In this document: positions 40,187 through 52,242 of the stretch, one piece after another
Position numbering within the stretch: position 1 is the stretch's first letter
Layout of the letters: the number at the start of each line of letters is the position of its first letter
Assembly (NCBI GenBank): GCA_000934665.2
Contig: JYFJ02000044.1
Span: 124,001-188,000, forward strand
DNA length: 64,000 nucleotides
Source of the DNA: Catajapyx aquilonaris
Lineage: Eukaryota
Reading direction: 5' to 3'
Program-made: the position numbers and the translations under genes
Notes under the pieces: model-generated
What the model was told of the DNA's origin: nothing
Database searches by the model: none
Seen by the model: only the letters and a program-made list of their open reading frames with translations

Positions 40187-43100
40187 AAGACAGTCGGGGG
40201 CATTCTTTCATCCAATTTAAACCACATATTTTCTAACATCTTGCTCCCAATATTTTCTTTAAAAAAATTTCTCTTCATATACTCGGTATACCCTGCTACT
40301 TCCACCTAATTTCTATAGCAGCATGAGCCAACCCCGTTTATAGCTCCGGATTTTTGTTTTCCATTATCAGCTCTTTCCCCTCGAGCAGAGTATCTCAAGC
40401 TTTTAAGTCATCTGGATGGCGTCTCCAATCGGCCATGACAGGAGATGAGGCCGAGGTCACCACCTGAGACCCTCGTAATTTCATCACTGGTCCAATATCT
40501 CCCCCACAAGCTAGAGAGGTACAGGCAACTTTGTCTAGAAGAGCTGGTTTTATCGCGTGCCTTGAGCGCACAGTAAAAGGCCGCATGTGACAAGTACACT
40601 TAGAGACCATTAACCGTCTCCTTTTTTATACTATTTCTAGCGATCCCATCCTATAGCACAGTCCCGCTTTTATTCTCCTGGTTTCTCCATTGGGAACTGT
40701 GGGATTTTTGTTTTCATTGGCCGTCAGAAATATATATATTAAAAAGTAATCCGGTTAGCTTTACGGGTGACGTGCAAAGAAGGAACGCCGCAACTTGGAG
40801 CCGCAGAAAGAGCGGCGAACAAGGATTTACTTCCTACAGGACAGGGGGTGGTAGAAAAAAAAACGCTAATAAATCCTTCACCGGGTGTACGTCTTTGGAA
40901 AAAAAACCGCACCTTGTATAGGATGCCATAAAGGCTTGCCAGATTTGGAATTTAATTCGTTTCAGTTCTCCGTGTGAAGAATAGTGCCGCATTGGCTTTG
41001 AAAAGAGTCTCCAACAGTTCTATAAAAAATTCAATTGCATAGACCCACATAAAAAAGTGTCAGCTAAGAATCTCGTCAGCTTGCATTTATATTGTCCAAG
41101 GCTGCTGATATTGGCAAGAATCGTGTCAGAAAACTGCGTGCTACAAAAATCGGAAAATCGGACAACCCACAACAGCACGTACCGAATTACGTAATTGTTA
41201 GAGGAAAAAAAGCACCTTTCATGTTTTGACTCTCTCAAATGTGCAGTGGGTGTATTATACAACCTGTTTTCTCCAACCAAACCCATTTCCTCCTTCAAAC
41301 AACCCTCGAAATCAATATGCGGCCGAATGATTGTGACACTCGTAGCCATTTCTACAGTGGCGGCTTATGTTGCGGTGGGAAGTGCAAGTGGAGATTTTAC
41401 AGGCCGCCAGAGGGCTTGGGATGAGAAAATCCCAAATGGCAGCCAGCTGGGATCGAATCTTTTTCATCCAGCCTGATGCTCTGTGTATATACAGTACTTG
41501 GGGGATCGTACCAGCAACTGCAATGTCATACAGCAGCACACATTCACTTAAAGTGAAGCCGCAAAAATGCCATCAGTCCAATGGGTCTCGACCTCAATAT
41601 CAGTGCCCGCTCACGCTAACGGGACTCGAATTGGTAATTAGTGCACGAAGCTATTACCCTTTTTTTACGGTACAAAAGGTGGAAGAGAATTCATCTAAAA
41701 GCGGCCCTTTTCTATGTGGCCGCTGGACACAAGATGGGCCAATTAAAACGTGCGTTGCGTATTTTTACTCGTATGTCACTGGGTTAACAATGCAGTTTCG
41801 GGCTTTGTTGGGCATGACTCGTGTGACCTGGAGTCATGTTGCGAATAATTTGAGCCAAAAAAGCATTGTTAGGCGGTGATATTACAGTATGCGTCATTGC
41901 AATAATTGGAGAGAAAGGGAAGAGACACTTGGCTCAGTTTGACACAATGCCTGAAGGGGTTGGGCAGTATTGCGAAGTCGAGCATTATTCTAATGTACAC
42001 ACTGCTAATTTGGGTGTCTGTGGCGGGTAATCAGCAAGCAAAACGCGCGCATTTGCATACTGATGATAATGATTCCAGCGGGGTATACAAACTAGTTGAG
42101 ATTGCGTATTACGACAGTAGCAAGACAACAAACCTCCAACTACTTTCCCTGGAATTAAATGCAGCTGTTTGTTATTCCAGGAAGCAGACATTATACCTCA
42201 AACAATATGCACCGGGTCTTCATTAGTTACAGGACTCATATTACTTCTCGTTCACCTTTATTAAGGCTGTAAAACAGCCTTGGCTTTGTTGCCATGGTAT
42301 CTGAAGACTAGAAAATTTGGTTTCTTAAGTTCCTTATCGCCTTCTTCGTTAAGGAAGGGAATCAATATGTTCCCTCGGAGCCTTCCATTAGTTATTTTTA
42401 CCTGATGATGGAATTTTCCTGCTCAATTTTTTCACTCAATTTGTTAGTAGGCCAGGAATATATGTGTTTCAAAAGTTCAGTCCATTTTTGCATTTAAATA
42501 TAGCGCACTGGAAGTTCATCAGATTTATATGGACACAGGAGCTATTCCAGGCTGGATATCCGGAGGCTGGTTCCCTTTATCCGGGTCCACGAATTTGTGT
42601 GGCGTTTTGAGTGAAAATAAAGCTTAAGGGGATGGGGCAACATGGGCCAGAACCCTGTGACTTTGAGCCTGCAAGGGAACGAATTTTGCCAGAAAAGTTA
42701 CAGGTGGCCATTGGAAACATCTGGGCGGATGGGAAGACTTTGGGAGAGAAGAACTGAAGCGTGTGCCTGAGTTCCGGAGGGGAAAAAAACCCGTATAACC
42801 TAGCATATATCTGGACATACTCCGGATATTTTGTGGGGTGTATAGTAGGACTAAAATGACATCCAAGCACGTAATATCGCCTCCGAATACTGCCTCGAGT
42901 ACATATGCAGGAAACGGCAATATCCAGGTCGATAGTATTGACGTGGAGAGAAACTTGAAAATGCAAACAACATGTCATGTGCAGTCTGGAATATTCCAGA
43001 AATTTTTGAGACTTGCCTGCAGGCTGTGTTCTGCATAAATTTGTTCCGCTGCACTGGGTAAATCCTGCGGTTTTGTAGTTTTCGACATCAAGTCATGTAT

Positions 43101-43769
43101 GTAAGCCCAGCCTAAAGCACCTTACCTTGATTGGAGCAATATTTTATGTGCTTATTAGTACCAAGTTGTATGAACTCTCCGATAGTGTACATAACCTGCT
43201 TATTTCCTTAAAGTTGATGCAAATATGATGAAAATTAATTGACTTTTCGACGGTGTCAAGAACAACCGCATATGTCTAGGGGAAGAGTGGTTGGTCCCTC
43301 GACAGTCGACACTACTTCTCCCCTATAAAATTAGTCAGAGTATGCAATATGTGAGGTCCCGGCTGGTTCGCCAGCGACGGTACTCTCCTACTCGAGCGGT
43401 CCTCGGACCTGACTCGCATTTCTTGGTTGGACGGGGTGCTTGGGAGAATATCCCACTCCCGTCCCTGGGTTGGACCCGGCATTGCAGTACAGCCGGAGCC
43501 AGCCCTCCTCTCCCCCACCCTTCTCCCCCACCCTTCTCCCCCACCCCTACCTAGCAATCCCATACCTTCCTCTCCTACCCCCGGCTGCCAAGGCTCGACT
43601 CAGACAGAGCCATACAAGCTGGGTAACCCTTCCTACCTACCAACCAACCAAATTCTCCCCTCTACATTTTAACTACACAGTATACCTATAGCATAACTCC
43701 TCAAAAAGGGGGATCAGACGACCCCTTCCCATACACTCCACACCAGACACCCTAAGCCTAAGGCCTAAG

Positions 43770-43816
43770 CGATCTGATTGGTGGCGCAGAAGGCCTCTGC
43801 TCCACCAATCAGATCG
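43770..43816. repeat. 47-nt hairpin (15-bp plus 5-bp stems, one mismatch, 5-nt loop)
   Basis: cgatctgattggtgg-c-gcaga-aggcc-tctgc-t-ccaccaatcagatcg. Confidence 0.8.
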
Positions 43817-46043
43817 GTGGGTACAGTGCGGTACAAAAGAAATGATCTTTTGGCGCAGAGGTCGCAATATTGCTGCCGCCAAAAGCGAAAACACAGTAAC
43901 TCCATAGTGTCTTCGCTTTTGGCTGCAGATTTAAGGCATGCCTATGTTTTTGAGAAGTTAGGATGTGGATACGGACTTCATAACAGTATAAGAAACACCC
44001 TGCATACACTGCAAGCTATTAATCATAGCAGTCATCTGCAAGCTTCTGAAATATAACGCGTGGGCTTCAAAGTTAGATGTGTTTACTTGGTTTTGATTCA
44101 TCTACATGAGCTACTGGTTCCAGTGCAGCCCTCGAAGGTTTCTTAGCAATATATACATCGTGGTCTCAGAGGCATGCAAGGAGACAAAAGTGAGGCTCGT
44201 TTGGTTGGCTGGCTGGATGGCTTGGCTTTACCCACTACTTTTGCATGGCCTGTGGCCAAAATGCCCTGGGCTGCCTTTCAGCGGTCTCTCCATCTCTTCC
44301 TGCTCCAGAAAGTAATACAAGGAAATTGAGCTTTGCCTAACCCGGAGGTGTAAGACTTTCTTGTGAGCAGAATGGATTATCTCGGCACAACTTGCTGCAC
44401 TTTGAATTCTAATTGCAAGAAGCCCGGAAGGAAGTCGTGCCTCTCAAAATGACTAAGTGATGCGACGGGGAAGTAACACCTGCATGATTTTTTAAAATCC
44501 ATTTTTTTGTTACGGAGGAATATGTTCTGATGTAAGAAATGGGGGTGGCTGTAAGTTATTACAGTCAACATTAGGTCCTTATAGAAGTTTAAGCTTATTA
44601 TTTTGAACTTTTCCTGAAAAGATTCATTTACTTGATGCATTAAGAGTGGAATCAGACGTATCAAACACTCGGCTTTGCGTTACAGTTCAAATTCCTACAG
44701 TGAAAGCAGTGAAAGTATAAAACCGATGGGAGTCTCTTGCTTCATAATATCCTTCCAAATCATGGTGAAGCAAGCATGACAAAAACGTCTTCTTAGACAA
44801 TGCAGCCTAGGACGTAACCGGCTTAAAGCATCAAGATTTCAACGAATCTGATACACAGACCGGAGGCAAGTCTTATATTTTATATGATTCAATAACAGGT
44901 GCAAACTTTCTTTGCAGTATATCTGAATGGGCAGAATACGTGTCAGAATAAGTAGTGTAATATTTTAAACATACGTGTTATTCCAGTATATCACATTCTC
45001 ATCATGTTGTAGTCAATGTAGTGCATTATTAATTGCAATTTTACAAGCATATACCTAGCCCAGCCTAGATTATGGTATATTGTGCATGTTATAAAAAAGT
45101 ATACTATATAGTGCGCCCTCGGCTGCATGTGGCATGTGCATTATGTAAATTAAAGGTACTTGGACAAAGGAAGGTCTTTTTTTGGTCCTTAGGGTAAGTA
45201 TTATCCGGGACCGGCCATTTGTGTAGAATATGAACTAGGACGTCATGTCCGATATCTGCTGCAACGTATAGATAGAGTGAAGTGAGTTATTGATATGGCA
45301 GTTTTATGGCTTGATACGCCGAATCAAGGTAGAAGACCGTCCTAGTTTCATTTTCTTTTAGAGTACCGTACCGGTATATCTGGAAGCATAATAGGTACGC
45401 AGTGACGCCTCAGATTACGCCATGCTTGTACAGTTCACTCAAGTGATTAGAATTCCGACATTTTCCATTTCATTTTGTTTGTTATTCTTCGTCATTACTG
45501 ATGCGGGATCCTCAGCCCACCTCATTATATTATAATGGTTTTACTGAGATTGTCTGTTAATAAAATGCTTCTTTTGAACCAGTTGTTGAACATCAAGGAA
45601 TATCCACACTCTGTCGAAATAAAGACCGACCCTATACTCAAGGGAGCCCATTCAGTTCAGCTCTCCCAGTGTACATTTTGTGATCCAGACCCCGGGTGAC
45701 TGAAGTTGTATCAGAACTCAATCCAACAGTGTTTACATTACACTGTTATGCTAGTCCGCTAGTGTGGAATTCTGGAAGGTACATTACGGTCGAAGTCACT
45801 GCATACCGACTACATTCATGCCTGCAATGAACCCAGTGCAGCCATGTCACTACCAGGCCAAAACCACAAGAATAATGCATGCCTTCATCAATAATTTATA
45901 AACTACCGAAGCCCTTCAAATATACCTTTTATGTTGTCGATTTAAATATTTCTTAGACGTTCCAGCAACTCGCTGCAAATTCTTTCTGGAGTAAACAATT
46001 CACTTCTTCTCCTGAACTATGTGAATAGTTTGAAAAATAATTT

Positions 46044-46451
46044 GAAGAGTGGAAATGATAAAGGGCCTACAAGTGCCACATTTTTGAAGCTGAGAAAAAT
46101 TAATTTTTGTGTGTCATATCCGTAATTATACTTTCTTGGTGATGATGACTTGGCAGATGCAATATACAAGTACAATCAAGGCAATTGGCCAGAGGCAATA
46201 GTAGTGTACATATATACCACTGCTTTATAATAAAATTTATAAGGCCAAATGTAAGGAAACAAGAAAGGCGTGTGTGCCATGGGACCATTTCCTCATTAAG
46301 GGTCTAAATGCCAGAATCTCACTAATATTATTACCACGTGCATTCGGAGGTTTCGTATTAGTATTAGCCTTGGCCCATAGAGCTCTTTTAGTGCATAATC
46401 TTTAAAAATGTGTTTTTTTGGCACTCAAGCCCTTTATCATTTCCACTCTTC
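46044..46451. mobile_element. 408-bp MITE with 23-bp perfect TIRs and 4-bp ATTT TSD (possibly Sola-type)
   Basis: Left TIR gaagagtggaaatgataaagggc (46044-46066) and right TIR gccctttatcatttccactcttc (46429-46451). The inverted repeat extends imperfectly inward (agtgcca; cacattttt). ATTT flanks both ends (46040-46043, 46452-46455). No transposase ORF. Confidence 0.8.
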
Positions 46452-46984
46452 ATTTGTCGCAAGTACTAACATAGAATAACGGTGTCCTACCACCGAATCG
46501 CTTACAAACTAGCGTCTATCAGCATGTGTTGCAGTGCCACCATGTTTTATTTATAAACCCCGCAAGAGTCAGTCAATAGCGCAACTATATTACTACAAAA
46601 TGCTGTCGGCTCGTCAGATTTCAATCTGGGACAAGTAATTAACGAAGCGCCCTCCATGGCCGTTTCTTGCTGGCTGCCTCGTCACATGCTGGGAACAATA
46701 TTAATCATGATGTGTGGGACCGGATGGCAAAGGTTGCGACAAAAAAAACTGCTCCCTGCCACCCATTAACTGCGACGATCGATATTAACCCCACCCCTTC
46801 CATCCTACACCCTACCCACAGCCATGAAGGACACTAATTTCCTATGGAAATTAGTTTTACGATTTCGCACTTCGGCACCATAAAAATTGAGGTGACAGAC
46901 GTCGCACACCTGCCAACATTACCCACCCTTGTTTGCTATTCCCACACCTTCGTAATGTACTCATACTGTACTGTACTGTACATA

Positions 46985-47106
46985 CAGGGTGGTGCACTCA
47001 CCTAGTGTTGGGCAATAATTTTAGTGTTACATTTGGCTTACATTTATTATTTTACTTATTTACCATTTGCTAATTATATGAAGGACTTGAGCAGTGTACT
47101 ACCCTG
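46985..47106. mobile_element. Possible 122-bp Tc1/mariner-type MITE remnant
   Basis: ta|cagggtggtgcact ... agtgtactaccctg|ca: a 14-bp inverted repeat with 2 transitions. CAGGGTG start after TA; the right TSD is degenerate. Confidence 0.35.
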
Positions 47107-47862
47107 CAATACACACATACACATTCAGGGCCATAATTTAAAATAATGGCGTGTACAGCGAGGTGATGATAGTAGGTCGTTCTCAAGTTGACTTGAACGC
47201 TGTTTTCCCCGGCCTCGATTTGCATAATGTTTGCGCAGCTCTTAGCGCAGAATGCGGCTGATGATGCCCCGTGGTTTTCGGTCTGCCTATCGTGTTGCAT
47301 CGGACCCCTGAAAATGTCGACTTGTGTAACACCGGGTGCATGCTAATGCCCCTCCTGCACTTTTCCTTAAAAAAAAGAGCCCGCAAATTTGTGTGCAGTT
47401 AGTTTCAAGAGGCGGATAACCCCTCCCTGAATTGGCTTCCAATCGGCTTCTTCCGGAAGCAGGAAATTGCTGATTTTCAACCCCCTCCGGAAAATCCTGG
47501 CGATCCATTTAAAACGTATGTCCACGGGACTAGAAATTTCTTTTGGTGTTAGGCAGCAAATGGACCTATAAAAGGTATGCAAATAACTTGGCTATAAAAA
47601 TGTACGTTTCAGGATGCAAAGCTTTGCTCCGCATTATCATAATTCATTGATCATTTAGGACCCCCTCGATATGATCCCTGCGCGAGCGTTAAACTTTATA
47701 CGCCGACGAGGAGGACACTTGCCATCCAAATTAACCGTCCCCGTTTTGAATAGCTTCTCCGATAGTTGCAGCCAATAATTCAGCGTGGAGTCTTGTGAAG
47801 GAAGTTTGGTTGAAGTTGTGTTGCTATCGGCAGATGGCGGTTGAAAAAGTGGTTTGGACACA

Positions 47863-47934
47863 GTGTGGGTGGCCCCTCTGTGGGTGTCTCCTCTGTGGAT
47901 ATCCCCCTCTGTGGGTATCCTCCTCTGTGGATAT
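47863..47934. repeat. ~16-bp tandem repeat, ~4.5 copies (gtggRtatcYYcctct)
   Basis: gtgggtggcccctct gtgggtgtctcctct gtggatatccccctct gtgggtatcctcctct gtggatatc. Confidence 0.8.
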
Positions 47935-50900
47935 CAGTATGCGATAGGGCTTGTGTTGATGAATCTGTCTGTGGTCGAGGTAGCCACTGCTGTGGTGGAC
48001 ACACCGGTGGGAAAAACGTGAGGATGGAAATGACACATCTGCCTCAGGCGGTGCTTGTGTCGAGGCAATGTTCCAGTTCAGGAGTGGAAAATCCTCAATG
48101 GTAATATCGGTTCTGGAAATGTGTCGTTTTTGCGTGCGGGAGACATTGGTATAATTGGGCTCGTGGATTGTTTGTTGCCGTGCAAATTGCGACCACAGGA
48201 TTTGCTGGCCGTGCTTAAAATTCGATGGAAAGTAATTAACAATATGCTGTTTGGGGAGGAAAATGTCACTCTTTGTGAACGGCACCCGATGTAATTGGGT
48301 TAACGGAAGCGTGCGTTATTGCTCGATTGTTTTTGCAAGCGATAAATTGTTGTTGCCAACTACCACATTCTCTAGCTCCAGAATGTGATAACACATTTGG
48401 GATGCTCAAAATTCCAGCTGGAGACATCGACGCAACAATGTCCTGGTTAGAAAAATTCTTCCACTATTTTTTTTTTGCGCCGTTCCGGCTGCGTCTCATT
48501 ACAGGATTTAATGAAAAGGAGTGTTGCCCGAACTTTTGACTCTAAGCTATTTGATTTAGCTGGAGGTTCTAATTTCAATCAGGTGGAAGCTTCCCCTCGA
48601 GAAGAAGGAACTGCCTGGATCTCACAACACATTAATCTCGCTTTTCTGTGGAGGCAGACATGTTTATGAAGAGAGAGTTGGATTTATCGACGTGTACGCC
48701 AAATCAGAGGACATTTGGTGGGGGCTGGAAAATCTGTGGTTTCCAACAAAGTTTTCTCCACTGCTGTCACCCTCCCTTTTAAATAATCCATCATAACTCC
48801 AGATTAGGTTGCATGGGCAAGAGGCACTTTCACTGATAGACAGCAATTGAAACTTCTTCTCAGGAGCGCAAAACTTTCGCCCTCCAACCCCTTGAACCAA
48901 CCCCCACTCTACAGAGTTGTAAATCAATTTTGGTGCCTAGTTTGTAGTAAGGCCCATCATCTCCCTGTCTTGTCTAGAGCCTGGCAGATCAATGACTCAA
49001 TTTGTACCTCACAGAAAAATTCTTACGCTACAAAAAAATATATAGTTAATCATGATAGTAAATTTGCAAAGTTATCTATCTTCCATGACGTCCAAAGAAT
49101 ATTACCTCTCGGCAAGTGCCGCAAACTTGGTCCAAATTGTCAGCTGCATTGCTCATCAAAGCTGGTCTTTTCTCCAAAGCGAAGGACATAACGTCTTCTC
49201 TTATATCAGTGGGGGGGGGGGGGGNAGGGAAAAGGAGGCCATTTACCCCCTTTCCCGTACTCCTTGTCATGCATAGGCTTGGAATTATCATAATGGAGCA
49301 GTTTCACTATGCCGAGGAAAAAGGCGGGGTAAAAAGTCACCAAGAGTGTCTCCAGAGTCTCTTTGTGCGGCATATTGGAGCCTCTGCGAATATTTTACGA
49401 GCCTGCACATGCACTGACTTTATATAAGCCTCCCTCTCTGGATTGTCAATTATTCAGCCAGACGTTCTGATACACCCTCCCTGTTGGCTTGTGAAGGTGA
49501 TAAATAAGTTGTAATTATGGGCTCAGGACTGTGGTGTACTAAAGAGACATTCTCGGAGACATTAGTAGACAGGAGCATCATTTTGAATATATGTTTGTCT
49601 GATGCGGTGGGGTGGTTTATACAAATTTATGACCATTTTTTCAAAGGTGACGTCAAGCTTTAGGTTCCTGTCAGTAAAGATAAACGTTCACCTTTGGTGG
49701 GTGAAAAAATCCCTCGTCAAAACTGATTTGGGGTTTTGGCTGCTGCTATAGCTAAGTCACCAAGTGCTTTGGCACTGCTTTGTGTTGCCCAGCTGCGGCG
49801 GAAGCGATAGCAGCTCACTTAATATCGAATTTATGCCGGTATAGGAAAATATTATTTTTCAAAATATTGCGCTTTTTTGCTTATTGATAACAAACGGGGT
49901 AATTCTTGTTATCAACTAGAGTAGGCCTATGATGAATATCGGAATCAAAATCCTTTGATCATTAAATCGCTCCGACTGTCAATAGCGCCGCTTAGTCTGG
50001 GGGCAATGTAATATGGCAAAACATCACAGCATAAATATCATTGGCTAAACTACCGGATTCGATTTAATGAATTATCCAGTACCCACACTGCATTTTGCCC
50101 CTGCCTGATATGCATTTTACTACACAGAATAGTCGAAAGGTTAGCCCTGAAGAATCAGGATATAAACAACCTCTTGAATTCATTTTTTCAAAATAATTTT
50201 GTGTGGAAACAGCCCTGAAAACCCTGGCAATTAGGACTCTTTACGTGAACGTTACGATGCCTCCTCCAACTATAGGGTGGCCCATAAATGGTGTGGGAAA
50301 AGCTTATCTCGGAGCATGTAAAGGGATTGGCATAAGCGGCTGGAATTGGGAAGCATTCGTGTGCTTCATTTCCGTAGTGCCGATTCAGCTAGAAGCCTTT
50401 TGTTCTGGCCTTACAATCACGGCAAATGAGCTGACTGGCAGTTACAGTACTTAAGCACTGCATAATGCTTTCTCATTAAAGGCCTTGACTGGAAAGGCCT
50501 GTCAGGTGACGTGGAACAATTTTCGCTTCCCCTAACTTCAATAACACCTTTCTTCATTCTGACAACTTCCTCTTACCTTCAAAACGTTTACCTAGTTCGC
50601 ACCGTAGATCAAGTTACTCCCAAAGTGTTTGCGGATTTTTCAGTCATCCGGCGTTTAAGCCACTGCCGCTTAATGAAGCTTCAACTTGCAAACTATGCTA
50701 ATAAATCGCTTTGCATCGCAGTCACCCGAATCGGCCCCTGTTTGATCGCATAGTGTGAAGCTTCCCCACCATCACAAGCCTAATATTGTTGAATTTGAAT
50801 ACCGCTACACAGCTCCCCCCCGTCAACGGAATTTTACCTGGGCTAAAGAAGGATGCTTATGCATTGGCTCGCATTACTCGTAATTGCTTTTGTGTGCTTT

Positions 50901-52153
50901 GAAGCCATTTACGGTGCTGCTCGTATTCACATAGTAACCCCACACCATAGTGTTACGTGAGTATGCACAGGGCGCGATATTTGGGAAGGGTTTGAACCAA
51001 TCAATTTTTCAGTAGACCATACTATAATTCTATCTAATATTCAGCACTAGGCAGTGTTATCGTGCTCTCTGCGCTGTATACAATGGCTGAATTAAATGAA
51101 AAGTATAAGTGGCAATCTACCCCCGCGTGATTTACTGGTCTCTCCAAAACCACCGTACAGACAGCAGCAGAGGTATAAATCATCTTCAAATGTCTTTCTG
51201 CTTCCCGTCTACGACGCTTCAACTTTTTGAAGACCTCATTTAGGATCCCCCACATTTTCGACCAGCTCCTCATTATCAAAGGGTATATTACACGATCACG
51301 CTCATTATGATTCCACGACTTCCAACAATTTCATTTACTCCCACCTGAAAATTACGGGTTCTCCAAGACGTCATTATGAATCCATAATGAGTCAAAATTT
51401 CCCTCCTTTGTATATACGCAACACTGAAAGCAAACATTATTTAAAAACTCCCAAATTAACACTGTGACAAAATGCAAATGACCTTTCAAGAAATTACATC
51501 CATAATTTATATAACATCGCACATATTTGCACCTCTCTAGACTCTCATGCGAAAGATCAATTTGGAAAATCCCCCCCCCCCTTCCCAGTAAATGTCAATC
51601 GATTTCCTCGCTTTCGAGAGTAGCGAGAGCTATTACTTGATAATGAGCGAGCAGAAAGGTTGGTCACCGAGAATCCTGTTCCCCCAAGAGGATTAGCGGA
51701 ATCAGGGTGGCGTGTTGCTGGAAATCAGGTGCTGGAAACACTCCCTCAGGAGGATTCAAACCCTGCTGCTTTTGGCCCAGAGGAATTTCTATCAGTCCGG
51801 ACTCCCAGTATATATGGAAACTAGTGTTAATTGAGTCACACCGCCTGAATGTCAAATCAGATCCAACCTTGTATCGTGTTATCTCTTTACTAATATAATT
51901 TTGCAGCTCTTCAAAATTTGGGTCGGACACGGGTGTGACTAGGATGAAAAGCGGGTCATGAATACACTTTTTTGCAGACATCAAACGTTGAGGTTCTGGC
52001 AGCACTTTAAAAGGGCCAGGGCGTTTAACTCGTTAAAAATGTAGCGGTTTGAACCTAGCGAGAATTACAATTAAGCAGTTCCGCCAAATGGAGCCAACTC
52101 TTCATTATTTGAACCACTATCTTTCTTCTAATAGGCTTATTCTCTCCGTCGGA

Positions 52154-52242
52154 TGTTTGTCCGACCTGATAGTATCGCTATCGACATGAAGGTGGCAGGG
52201 CTGTGCAGAGGGCGCCATCTATGCGTGAGGAGTAGTACCATG
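52154..52242 (+). repeat. Dispersed ~90-bp repeat, copy 2
   Basis: tgtttgtccgacctgatagtatcgctatcg..aaggtggcagggctgtgcagagggcgccatctatg..gagtagtaccatg matches 40093-40186. Confidence 0.7.

Noticed and set aside
50830..50856. Recursive splice site (ccttctttagcccag|gtaaaa on the - strand) in the 17.8-kb intron
   Set aside because: A competing AG lies 5 nt upstream, the pyrimidine tract is short and the donor is mediocre.
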